IMG/VR virus record: IMGVR_UViG_3300032083_000594
Coordinates: 1-52,846 of that record
Length of the DNA: 52,846 nucleotides
Direction: 5' to 3' (one strand)
From: a virus
Lineage: Duplodnaviria; Caudoviricetes
A model generated the notes under the pieces. It saw only the letters and a list, made by a program, of their open reading frames with translations. It was not told the origin of the DNA and made no database searches. A program made the position numbers and the translations under genes. The number at the start of each line of letters is the position of its first letter. Positions within the stretch are counted from its first letter, which is position 1. Below, piece by piece: positions 6,759 to 15,697 of this stretch.

Positions 6759-7119
6759 TTGCTCTTACCTTATCTTTTAATTCTTCTACATCTTCTAGAA
6801 GTTTTTCTAATTGTTCTCTTAAAAATTCTATATTAACTTTGTTTGTCATATTCATCTCTTGAGTCGCCTCCATTTTTTCGACGGTCTTATAAAGATCCTC
6901 GATTAAAAAATGTTGTTCCTGGTCCGTGGGTATTTGTTCAGACTTCTTTAACAGATCATTTTCAAACAACTCACGTGATGTCTCCAGCGATACTAGCCTT
7001 GCCGTAAGCTCGGTATAAGCGAACACGCCGGCTGCGACAAGTAAAATTAACGATGCTACCGTCTTCATCGGCATCTGTACAGCTGCTTCTTCACTTATAT
7101 TTAAAGGTTTTTTACTCAT
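6736..7119 (-). CDS. membrane-anchored coiled-coil protein
   Basis: TM segment VASLILLVAAGVFAY followed by heptad-rich sequence. Confidence 0.7.
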   Translation of the reverse strand: MSKKPLNISEEAAVQMPMKTVASLILLVAAGVFAYTELTARLVSLETSRELFENDLLKKSEQIPTDQEQHFLIEDLYKTVEKMEATQEMNMTNKVNIEFLREQLEKLLEDVEELKDKVRANGNGTHQ

Positions 7120-7709
7120 TTAATTTTGTTCCATTCTTCGTTATCAACACCAGTTGTAGGTTTTGGTAACGGAAGTATCATAACCTCTTTTGGAGGCATT
7201 TTCAATCCACTCTTGTTCAATTTGGGTTTTCTTGAATTTATAAATTTATCTCCCATTAAATTGACGTCTGGGTTCTCTTTTTTATAATTATCTTTTAAAT
7301 TATCCCAATGACTTTTAGTATCTTCAGGTCTAGTATTATCTCTTGTAGGAGTAACACCCCTACATTTAGCTACTAATAAATCAAAGTTAGAGTTATATGC
7401 AAGACTAGGATTACTATTAACCCTACCACACATCTTCATTAATTCTAATTGTTGTTTGATTGCTACGTTTTCTTTCGAAGTTTTACAATCTGTGCCTAAA
7501 TATTTTCTGTAAGTAAATCTTAAAGCTTGTTGTTCGTTTGTACTACCATCACTATAATTATAATCAGTATCACGTCTTTCTGTACTTACTTCCATTTCTC
7601 CACATCTTACACCATAGTCGTTAAGATATTCGTTTTTAGGATATGCAGGATCTGCAAAAAATGCTAGTGCACATAACATTAAAATAAGTATTGCTGTAAA
7701 TCTGTAATC
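7116..7709 (-). CDS. secreted Cys-rich hypothetical protein
   Basis: Signal-peptide-like MDYRFTAILILMLCALAFFADPAYP; GGAG RBS favours ATG 7709. Confidence 0.65.
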   Translation of the reverse strand, partial: DYRFTAILILMLCALAFFADPAYPKNEYLNDYGVRCGEMEVSTERRDTDYNYSDGSTNEQQALRFTYRKYLGTDCKTSKENVAIKQQLELMKMCGRVNSNPSLAYNSNFDLLVAKCRGVTPTRDNTRPEDTKSHWDNLKDNYKKENPDVNLMGDKFINSRKPKLNKSGLKMPPKEVMILPLPKPTTGVDNEEWNKIK

Positions 7710-7733
7710 CATCCTGGTGCTCTCCATAATTCA

Positions 7734-8033
7734 TTACCTATTTAAATCTTTTATATCATAGTCGTGTTCTCTAACTTGATCTGCGAGTTGTCTGTATAAA
7801 TTTTCTGCCATCTGCCATGTTGCTTCAGCTGATGATAGTCTTGTGTTTTGGTCTGTAATTTTATCTTCAGCAACTTTTAAATTTCTTTTAAGATCTACAA
7901 TTTCTTGTTGATTAGTATTAATAGTATCTGTCAGATTAACAATATATCTAACACCAGTAAAAGTTCCGACCAAGACTGAAGCCACGACCGGAACTAATAC
8001 AAAATTTTTTTTTAATAAACTTGCTAAATCCAT
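7734..8033 (-). CDS. membrane-anchored coiled-coil protein
   Basis: N-terminal TM FVLVPVVASVLVGTF followed by a coiled coil. Confidence 0.7.
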   Translation of the reverse strand: MDLASLLKKNFVLVPVVASVLVGTFTGVRYIVNLTDTINTNQQEIVDLKRNLKVAEDKITDQNTRLSSAEATWQMAENLYRQLADQVREHDYDIKDLNR

Positions 8034-8134
8034 TATTTAATTAGTAAAGCTACTACTGCTACTGCAATAATAATCACACAAATTTTGTGATTCATCCAAT
8101 AAAACATAGCTTTGTCTTTTATTTTGTTAATCAT
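8033..8134 (-). CDS. small membrane peptide (33 aa, not in track)
   Basis: MINKIKDKAMFYWMNHKICVIIIAVAVVALLIK; GAGGAG RBS; TAATG-coupled. Confidence 0.55.
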   Translation of the reverse strand: MINKIKDKAMFYWMNHKICVIIIAVAVVALLIK

Positions 8135-8777
8135 TTTTTTTCTCCTCAATTTCATAGAAGAACTTGTCAGTATCTTCTGTACGCCAAGCTCTGCTATCTT
8201 CTACATTCCATTCAGATGTTTGCACTTTCCAATCAGGAATATCATCTTTTACAGTAAAAGAAGGTATGTCCCATATACATCTGTTGTTTGGCTGTGCTGC
8301 AAAATTACCATCATCAAGGGCAATTATGTGAGCGCACTTGTGTTCGTGCGGAATCTCTGAATGATCAGTGTCAAGTATATTACTTTCAGGATGTGCAAAG
8401 TCAACAGTAAATAAATATTTTCCTGGGTGCCATTTTTTATCTTTTCCTATGTATTTTCCTGCTTGTCCATCTAAAATATCCCAACGATGAACAGAAGGAT
8501 AATAACTAAAACAATTCCAAAGCTGTAATTCATCAAGTCTTCGGGTTGGTACATCCTCGATTTCAAAACCGCGTTGGATAAATGCGCTAATAGGGAGGCG
8601 ATAAAAGATTGCACCATTTTCCATAATAGCGTGAAATAATACAGCGTGACCTGTAAGAGCGCTAATACCAAAGATAATGCAGTCACTAACTTCTCCATGA
8701 TGTTTTTTAAGATCATATAAATACTCTTTTCTTATTTGTGCATAAGTCGGTGGTATGTTTGCATTTAAGTAAGCCAT
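8127..8777 (-). CDS. conserved hypothetical protein
   Basis: 216 aa; GAGG RBS; RLPISAF, LQLWNCFSY, EHKCAH and QPNNR motifs. Confidence 0.8.
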   Translation of the reverse strand: MAYLNANIPPTYAQIRKEYLYDLKKHHGEVSDCIIFGISALTGHAVLFHAIMENGAIFYRLPISAFIQRGFEIEDVPTRRLDELQLWNCFSYYPSVHRWDILDGQAGKYIGKDKKWHPGKYLFTVDFAHPESNILDTDHSEIPHEHKCAHIIALDDGNFAAQPNNRCIWDIPSFTVKDDIPDWKVQTSEWNVEDSRAWRTEDTDKFFYEIEEKKND

Positions 8778-8786
8778 AATTTATCC

Positions 8787-10748
8787 TCATTTAATATTAC
8801 CCCAGTTTGGTCCAGATTCAAAGTCAACTTTATTCTTAACCTCTAGAGTTATAGTTTGTTCCATTGTTTGTTTGATCAACTCTGCTTCGTGGTCCGTGAT
8901 TGAAAAACAAAGTTCATCGTGAATTTGTATATGAGGTATTATACCTTTTTCATATAAATCTACCATAGCCTTCTTTGTCATATCTGCAGCTGAACCCTGT
9001 ATCAATCTATTCAAAGCTTTGTACGTAAATGCTGGCGTGTAGTATCTTTCAAACCAATCCATGTAATTTGGATCTATTTTCTTTTCTTTAAATTTATCTA
9101 AAATCTCTGCTTTAAATGCTTCTCTAGCCTGTTCTTCTGTATACAAAGTTACCTGATTAAATCTATTTGTTTCTGGGTTCCATTCTTTATTTGTTGTTTC
9201 CCATTTATCAAACCTGCAAAATCTATCGTACAGTGTAAATAATAATTTATTCTTTTTAGAAAATTCTATTAACTCTTGTGATAGTCTTCTAACAAAAGGT
9301 ACTCTATTATGATAATCGTTAAATAAAGTCTTTGCTTCTGTTGACTCTAATCCTAATTCTTTCTGTAATTTTATCTTACCCATACCATAGAAGAGACCTA
9401 GATTAATTGTTTTTGCCTGTTTCCTGGAGATATTAGCCATGTCAGCGACTATCTGATGAAAATCTGCATCATCCTTGTCAAATTCTTCTTGAAGGTTCTC
9501 TGTGCCTGGTAAACCAATTTTAATAGCATAGTGTACTACAATACGAGGTTCTTGTTGTGAGTAATCAAAACTGCCCCATTTACATCCATCTTCTGGTATA
9601 AACAGTTCTCTCATCTTAGCACCAATATAGCCTTTCGATGGAATCTGTTGTAAGTTTGGATTGCTCATTGAGAATCTTCCCGTAACTGTACCACCTGCGT
9701 CCGATCTAATTTGATTTATATCTGCATGTATTCTGCCTTCATGCACATAACCTAAAAGACCCTCAATGAATGTGTTAACTGCTTTGTCATACTCTCTTGC
9801 TTTTGCAATCATACGTAAGCATTTATTCTCGTGTGTTTTTAAATAATCTTTTGGTAGTTGTGGCATTTTAGATTTAGGAGTGACTTTGTAATCAGTTATG
9901 CCTTGATGTTGTAATAAATTTTTTATAGATGAAGCTGCCCAGATATCTACTCTGATTCCAGTCTTGTTCTGTATTGCTTTTACTATTTGATCTCTACGTT
10001 TTTTAAGATGTCTACCAAACAGGATAGCTTGAGCGGTATCAATTTTAACGCCTTTAAATTTCATGTCAACTAAACAAAGAAATAATTTTGTTTCTAATTC
10101 AAATATTTTTCTACAAGTCTTTTGCTCTCCATCTTCTTTAGTATATAATACTTCATCAATTTTTTTATTAAATAGATTCCATAACTTGTATGTTAGATCA
10201 ACGTCTTGCTTTGCATAGTCTTTTACAATAGATGCTGGTAGCTTATGCATATTAGTCATTGGGTCCTTAACTGTGCCACCAGACCATTCTAATGTTTTTT
10301 GTTGTAGATCGTATTTATATTTAGAATCATTAAGATAATCTTTTGATAATGCATCAAGTGAATATTTAAATCTATTCTCATCAATCACAGATGCTGCAAT
10401 CATTGTATCAACAATTCTACCTTTAATCATTTTACCAGTTACAGCTCGAATCCAACATACATCGTACATTGCATTATGAAATACTTTTGTAATCTTTTCG
10501 TTTTGAAATATTTTTTTATTAAGTGTGTCCCACATTTCCTGGGTCCTGTTAGGATCTAAATTAATATCAGAGTGTCTGATAGGAAAGTATGCTGTGTCTT
10601 TACCAGTAGTTACTGCAATACCACATATAAAACCATCATTTCTTATAGCACCTAAACCTTTTGTTTTAAGATTAGGATCATAAGTTTCTATATCTATTGC
10701 AACTGTGTCTATACCATTTAGGTCTAGGTCTTCTGGTGTATTACACAT
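8787..10748 (-). CDS. polA: family A DNA polymerase with 3'-5' exonuclease
   Basis: ExoI DIET, HNAMYD, TGRFS, motif A DYSQQEPR, motif B RKQAKTINLGLFYG, motif C QIHDEL. Confidence 0.95.
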   Translation of the reverse strand: MCNTPEDLDLNGIDTVAIDIETYDPNLKTKGLGAIRNDGFICGIAVTTGKDTAYFPIRHSDINLDPNRTQEMWDTLNKKIFQNEKITKVFHNAMYDVCWIRAVTGKMIKGRIVDTMIAASVIDENRFKYSLDALSKDYLNDSKYKYDLQQKTLEWSGGTVKDPMTNMHKLPASIVKDYAKQDVDLTYKLWNLFNKKIDEVLYTKEDGEQKTCRKIFELETKLFLCLVDMKFKGVKIDTAQAILFGRHLKKRRDQIVKAIQNKTGIRVDIWAASSIKNLLQHQGITDYKVTPKSKMPQLPKDYLKTHENKCLRMIAKAREYDKAVNTFIEGLLGYVHEGRIHADINQIRSDAGGTVTGRFSMSNPNLQQIPSKGYIGAKMRELFIPEDGCKWGSFDYSQQEPRIVVHYAIKIGLPGTENLQEEFDKDDADFHQIVADMANISRKQAKTINLGLFYGMGKIKLQKELGLESTEAKTLFNDYHNRVPFVRRLSQELIEFSKKNKLLFTLYDRFCRFDKWETTNKEWNPETNRFNQVTLYTEEQAREAFKAEILDKFKEKKIDPNYMDWFERYYTPAFTYKALNRLIQGSAADMTKKAMVDLYEKGIIPHIQIHDELCFSITDHEAELIKQTMEQTITLEVKNKVDFESGPNWGNIK

Positions 10749-10959
10749 TATAATCTCTCTCCATAATCATTTCTAAAAAGTGTATCGCTTTTAATATGTC
10801 TTGCTTCTTTCCCTTGTCACGATGCCTTATAATATATTTTATAGCACAACCTTCAGGATAGAGCAACTCATTCTCTACTACAAACTTACTGGGTTGAATT
10901 TTATATTTTTGATAGTGACTCCCGCCGTGCTGCTTGTTCCAAACGTTTTTATTTTTCAT
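10741..10959 (-). CDS. DUF3310-like (SaV-like) protein
   Basis: QHGGSHY...IQP...GCAIKYIIRH..K...DILKAIHFL. Confidence 0.75.
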   Translation of the reverse strand: MKNKNVWNKQHGGSHYQKYKIQPSKFVVENELLYPEGCAIKYIIRHRDKGKKQDILKAIHFLEMIMERDYNV

Positions 10960-12512
10960 TATCTAACTCCTAATGTATATGCTCGTTGTGATGATATTGT
11001 CCAACAATCAAACTTACCTCGACTGTATGCAACATATTTTAACCTTAATTGTGTAAAGTAATCTTCTATTCTTGTTGCTGTTAGATCTACAATTACATTA
11101 TCAAATGTTAAACCTTTTACTGTGTGTATGTTTCCATATCTAACTTTAACATCGCCTTCCAAGTTAAAGCCTCTTTGTAATATTTTTTGTATATAAAGTA
11201 TTCTATCTGAATCAGTTTTAGTTCTTATTAATGAAAAGTCTCTTTGATAAGTTGAGTTTTCTTTTAAATATTTATGATGTATTAAATAGTCTATTGTATA
11301 ATCTTTATTTACCCATTCATCAAAAGTTTCTTCTCCTCTACCATGCACTATTACTTTACTACCTATGTATGTCCAAAAATCTTTTATTTGTTTTAGTGGC
11401 ATAGGTTTACCCCTTGCAAACTCCGGCCACAGCTTATGACATCTTATTTCTTTTTTTGGTACGTGGGCCGTGTTCCCTATGTGTGCATACTCTATACCAT
11501 GTTGTTTAAAAAAAGTTTTGACCCAACCATCTGACGGATTACCTCGATACGTAAACAAAAATGTTTCGTCAGTATTTTTTATTTTATCTAACAACAGATC
11601 CATTGAAGTGCATCTGTGTCTTAAACTAGGTAAGTGATAGTGATTACCAATTACATCTGTTGGTTTCCAGATTCTGTGTGTACCATAGTGATTCCATATT
11701 GGTTTTATAATCTCTTTACACAAACTATTTATAGTCTGGCTACATCTATAACCTTCTTCTAATTCTTTAGCTCCCTTTGATAACTCATAAAATCTTGTTG
11801 CGTTGGCTCCTGCAAATTCAAATATTGTTTGATCTGGGTCTCCAACAAACCAATATTCTTTTGTGTTGGTTGCCATCTTATCTAATGCTTTTGTTTGTGG
11901 TACGTTACTATCTTGTGCTTCATCAACTATTAAAACATCTATGTCCGGCTCGTTAGCCTTTTCAATAAAGTCTCTTATCATGTCATCATAGTCACAAACA
12001 TGATTATCTTTTTTATATTTTTCGTATATCTCTTGCAGCTCTTCAATAACATTTAAACTGTAAGGTTTGTAACTAAGCTTATCACATTTTTTCCAATGTT
12101 CTTTTAAAGTATGATCTTTACCAAATGCATCTTTTACATATTTATAAAACTTATGTTTGTCTCCTTCAAAGTCACTAGCATTTATTCTTTGTAGTTTAAA
12201 TCTAGACTCCATCCTACATAGGTTTATATGGTCTTGATAACTAAATAAGTCTCTTTTTAATCCTTTATTTTGACAGTATGCATGTATTGTACAGATCTTA
12301 TATTTTAAAGATTTTTTAGTTAGACCTTTTTCTTTTACTTCTGGTAGTTTTAATATTTCATCTCTTATTTCTTCTGCTGCAACTTTTGTATGTGATAAAA
12401 CTATAATCTTTTCATGAGAAAACCTTAGTAAGAGTTCTGTATATTTTTGAGTTATAAACTTTGATGTCTTTCCTGTCCCTGGAGGACCCACCATAAAACT
12501 AGGTTGTTTCAT
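10959..12512 (-). CDS. UvrD/Rep-like SF1 helicase
   Basis: GPPGTGKT, TIH, VDEAQD, GDPDQTI, YR, HTVKGLTFD, YVAYSR; AGGAG RBS favours ATG 12512. Confidence 0.9.
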   Translation of the reverse strand: MKQPSFMVGPPGTGKTSKFITQKYTELLLRFSHEKIIVLSHTKVAAEEIRDEILKLPEVKEKGLTKKSLKYKICTIHAYCQNKGLKRDLFSYQDHINLCRMESRFKLQRINASDFEGDKHKFYKYVKDAFGKDHTLKEHWKKCDKLSYKPYSLNVIEELQEIYEKYKKDNHVCDYDDMIRDFIEKANEPDIDVLIVDEAQDSNVPQTKALDKMATNTKEYWFVGDPDQTIFEFAGANATRFYELSKGAKELEEGYRCSQTINSLCKEIIKPIWNHYGTHRIWKPTDVIGNHYHLPSLRHRCTSMDLLLDKIKNTDETFLFTYRGNPSDGWVKTFFKQHGIEYAHIGNTAHVPKKEIRCHKLWPEFARGKPMPLKQIKDFWTYIGSKVIVHGRGEETFDEWVNKDYTIDYLIHHKYLKENSTYQRDFSLIRTKTDSDRILYIQKILQRGFNLEGDVKVRYGNIHTVKGLTFDNVIVDLTATRIEDYFTQLRLKYVAYSRGKFDCWTISSQRAYTLGVR

Positions 12513-13941
12513 CTGTAATCTCCTGATAGTCACCTTCGATAATTAAATCATCTTTATCAACTTCTTGGTTTAACATTCGCCATGAAACACAAGACTTAGT
12601 GCCATACTTCCCATGATTTTTTTTAGCTTTTAATATTCTTTGACATTTAATAACTAAATCTACTCTAGGTAAATTTACTTTCTGTCTGTGTAGGTAATCT
12701 TCAAACTTATCTAAATTAAACTCTAAGATATTTTTTTCTGTATTAAAGTAAGGCATACCAAAGTATGCTAATTCTTTTTTACTTGTGTATGCTTTTTCTT
12801 CTGAAATATAATTTTTAAAATGTTTTACAAATCGTAAGTCTTCTTCTGCGTCTTCAACATAGTCTTTTGATTTTTCTCTTGCTTCATACTTTCTACGCAT
12901 AATCTCTTCAAAGTCAGAAGGTTTCATCTCTGGAATCCACACTGATGCTTTACTAATTACTGCATCATAAAATAATTTTTTGTTTCTAAGTGTAGGACCA
13001 TCAACTGTAATTGTTTTTTCTACAGGTTCTCCTTGTACAACTGCATTTATTTTTACAAAATATCTATCACTTCCATATTCTATTATTTGTCCAATAGATT
13101 GTTTTGCTTCTTCACTTGTTGCTTCTTGTACGCCAATCCAACTAAACATTGTTGCAATTGTTTTTGTAGAACAACCAATAATCTCTGCAAGTTTAGGCAT
13201 ACCAAATTTTCTATTTGCTTTTTTATGTGATGTACCTTTACTTTTTCTTTTGTGACTTTCTTCGTCTTTAGCTGCAACTGCAATTTTATAAATGTAATCA
13301 TCTATGTCTTCTGTATTCCATTCTGTATGTTTAAGTAATACACCTGCAATAGCAGTGCAATAATCATCTCTTTGTCCCGAACCTGCATATGTAATACATA
13401 AAGCGGCAGCAAGAGCTATTTTACCAAGATCAACTTTAATATTACCTGGATACTCATCAATACCTTCATACTTAACCCATTCAACAACTTCATTTGTTGT
13501 ATGATATTTTGTTTCTGGAACTAGTGTATATTTATTTGCCCCATGTCTTATCTCACACAAAGTTGCGCCGTGACCATAGTCTTTGTAATAGTTTTCTAAT
13601 TCTTTTGGTAATGCAAATTTTTTGTAGTCTGAAGTACCAGACCAAAGATAATGACTTGATGGATTATTTCTTCTACCAAAAACTGCACCACATGATTTAA
13701 TGTGATCATTTGTAAATCTTTTAACAACAGGATTATCAATATCGAAATCTATATATTGATCTAGTCTAAGTCCTATTTGTTTTGTTGTGTGTTCTATTCT
13801 CCATTCTTCTTTCGTAATCTTAAAATCTGGATCGGACCACTTTTCGACCACAGCCTGCTTTGTATCGCAGGGTATGATCACCCGTCCTAGATCTATCCAA
13901 TCTTCGTACGTAACCGGAGCTTTATTTATCTTATCATTCAT
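12499..13941 (-). CDS. bifunctional primase-polymerase (Prim-Pol)-like protein
   Basis: IIPC, IGL, DFDID, SHYLW, E-IR and TLVP motifs; position in the replication module. Confidence 0.7.
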   Translation of the reverse strand: MNDKINKAPVTYEDWIDLGRVIIPCDTKQAVVEKWSDPDFKITKEEWRIEHTTKQIGLRLDQYIDFDIDNPVVKRFTNDHIKSCGAVFGRRNNPSSHYLWSGTSDYKKFALPKELENYYKDYGHGATLCEIRHGANKYTLVPETKYHTTNEVVEWVKYEGIDEYPGNIKVDLGKIALAAALCITYAGSGQRDDYCTAIAGVLLKHTEWNTEDIDDYIYKIAVAAKDEESHKRKSKGTSHKKANRKFGMPKLAEIIGCSTKTIATMFSWIGVQEATSEEAKQSIGQIIEYGSDRYFVKINAVVQGEPVEKTITVDGPTLRNKKLFYDAVISKASVWIPEMKPSDFEEIMRRKYEAREKSKDYVEDAEEDLRFVKHFKNYISEEKAYTSKKELAYFGMPYFNTEKNILEFNLDKFEDYLHRQKVNLPRVDLVIKCQRILKAKKNHGKYGTKSCVSWRMLNQEVDKDDLIIEGDYQEITDETT

Positions 13942-13950
13942 AAATTAAAA

Positions 13951-13984
13951 AGTGGGCGTTTCCACGCTAGCTTCGACGCCCACT
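13951..13984 (-). terminator. intrinsic terminator/attenuator between SSB and primase genes
   Basis: AGTGGGCGT / ACGCCCACT stem, 16-nt loop, followed by TTTTAATTT on the - strand. Confidence 0.65.
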
Positions 13985-13994
13985 ACCTAGGATA

Positions 13995-14747
13995 CTATAA
14001 ATTTAAAGATTTTTTAGTTTGTTCCTGAGTTTCAGGTTTTGCTTGTATCTCACCCTTACCTACAGATTCAGCAAAAGATTTTGCCATATCATAGATTCCT
14101 TTATCTGTGACTGGTCCTACCTTTGCTACATCCCAACCAAACCATGTTCCTTTGTCATTAGACATCTGAACAGTAGATAGATTATAAATGTGGCTGTAAG
14201 TTGGCGGAGTAAACAAACCATTTTTACCTTGCATTTTTAAACCCATCATCATTGAATTCCATTTTCTACTAACTTTTAATTGAGTAGATTTCATAGAAAT
14301 CAAAGCTGTTGATGGATTATCACCTACAGTTAATACAAAGTGACTTGCAGTATTTTCAAGATAATTACCATTTGGTAATCTATCTTTATAGTCTTTACCT
14401 CTAGTGGTTTGACTAACTATATCACTGTCTGCCTCGTGAATTGCAACAGGTGCACCAGTGCTGGTACCTCTGTCTTGCCATTCAATGTATTGTCTTTTGT
14501 AGTGACAAGGTACGACTTGTAAAGAATCATATAACTGATTCGTTACAGTGTTTATTATTTTGCCTGGCTCTGCGCCCTCGACATATTTACCATCTCTTTT
14601 ATTTACCTCTGGAGATAGTTGGCCCAAAATTTTTAAGAAAGGCAACGCAAGATCTTCTTGCGATATATTTTGAGCGCCTTGTGCTGCATCAGCTTCCATA
14701 TCAAATGTTGCTAATGCTCCATTCTTTTTTTCTGTTACTTGGTTCAT
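13995..14747 (-). CDS. putative single-stranded DNA-binding protein
   Basis: DLALPFLKILGQLSP, MKSTQLKVSRKWN and NDKGTWFGW motifs; position in the replication module. Confidence 0.6.
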   Translation of the reverse strand: MNQVTEKKNGALATFDMEADAAQGAQNISQEDLALPFLKILGQLSPEVNKRDGKYVEGAEPGKIINTVTNQLYDSLQVVPCHYKRQYIEWQDRGTSTGAPVAIHEADSDIVSQTTRGKDYKDRLPNGNYLENTASHFVLTVGDNPSTALISMKSTQLKVSRKWNSMMMGLKMQGKNGLFTPPTYSHIYNLSTVQMSNDKGTWFGWDVAKVGPVTDKGIYDMAKSFAESVGKGEIQAKPETQEQTKKSLNL

Positions 14748-14749
14748 GT

Positions 14750-15301
14750 TTATTTGTTCCTTTTTATTGTTGTCTTATTCTCTGAGAAAACCCCAAAGAT
14801 TTCCGTTGGCATTTCTTTACCTGCCTCAATACGCTCACGGACTAACGCTTTCAAAGTCATGGGTTCTACCTTCATCTTTTGTGTCGGTTGGAACCCTTGA
14901 CCTTTTGCAAGATCGGCATAATCAGCCGCCTTGTTATCTTCGTTGCGACCAAAGGATACGGATATCTCGTTTTTGATTATATCCCCTAGTCCATTATTAC
15001 GAAGCCAGTTAAACGCCGCTTCTTTATTTGCTTCTGTAATAGTAGCACGATACGACGTTGAAACTTTAAGATGAGATCCATCGTGCAGTTTTAATTCTGC
15101 AAGACCCATCTCAGACATCATTGTAGGTATTACTTCACCTGATATATGATCTCTTTTCTTTTTTAAATTTTTTAAATGTTCCTCATGGTTTTCTATTGTT
15201 CTCACCACCTCTTCTAAGTTTTCAACTTGATCTGCAAGAGACTGAATATTACCAGTTTTTTTCATTGCATCTTGTTGATCTTGTTCAAAATCAATTGTCA
15301 T
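14750..15301 (-). CDS. conserved replication-module hypothetical protein
   Basis: Coiled N-terminus, AFNWLRNNGLGDIIK, VEPMTLKALVRE. Confidence 0.75.
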   Translation of the reverse strand: MTIDFEQDQQDAMKKTGNIQSLADQVENLEEVVRTIENHEEHLKNLKKKRDHISGEVIPTMMSEMGLAELKLHDGSHLKVSTSYRATITEANKEAAFNWLRNNGLGDIIKNEISVSFGRNEDNKAADYADLAKGQGFQPTQKMKVEPMTLKALVRERIEAGKEMPTEIFGVFSENKTTIKRNK

Positions 15302-15650
15302 CTATTTCTCCTTTCTCATATAAATTAATAGATATAGGATAGTATTTTCTTTCTTGCTTATCCCACTTTAATAAATTGTATTTGCCATTAGTAATATCAG
15401 ATACAATAGAACATGCAACACCGATTAATGCAGGGTCACCTGTTAATAACAAATGATCTTTTTCATTAAAATTTTTTAACCCTTGTCTTAACTTAAAAAT
15501 TAAAGGACCAGGAGAAAAAATCATTTGTGAAAACTCTGGCAATAAAAATTTAAAGTCACCGTATTTTTGTGCGCCTATAATATTTATTTTAGGACTACCT
15601 GCTTGGCTTCCTGCAATATGTTGTATCACATAAACTATTCTTTCTGACAT
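15291..15650 (-). CDS. conserved hypothetical protein
   Basis: LLLTGDP and LKWDKQERKY motifs; probably leaderless. Confidence 0.75.
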   Translation of the reverse strand: MSERIVYVIQHIAGSQAGSPKINIIGAQKYGDFKFLLPEFSQMIFSPGPLIFKLRQGLKNFNEKDHLLLTGDPALIGVACSIVSDITNGKYNLLKWDKQERKYYPISINLYEKGEIDDN

Positions 15651-15652
15651 AC

Positions 15653-15687
15653 CTTGACATATAATTGTTTATCCCTTATATGTCAAG
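15653..15687. promoter_or_regulatory. symmetric divergent promoter pair
   Basis: Perfect 12-bp inverted repeat CTTGACATATAA 15653-15664 / TTATATGTCAAG 15676-15687; TTGACA-N17-TATATG on both strands. Confidence 0.75.
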
Positions 15688-15697
15688 TTAGAAAGTT

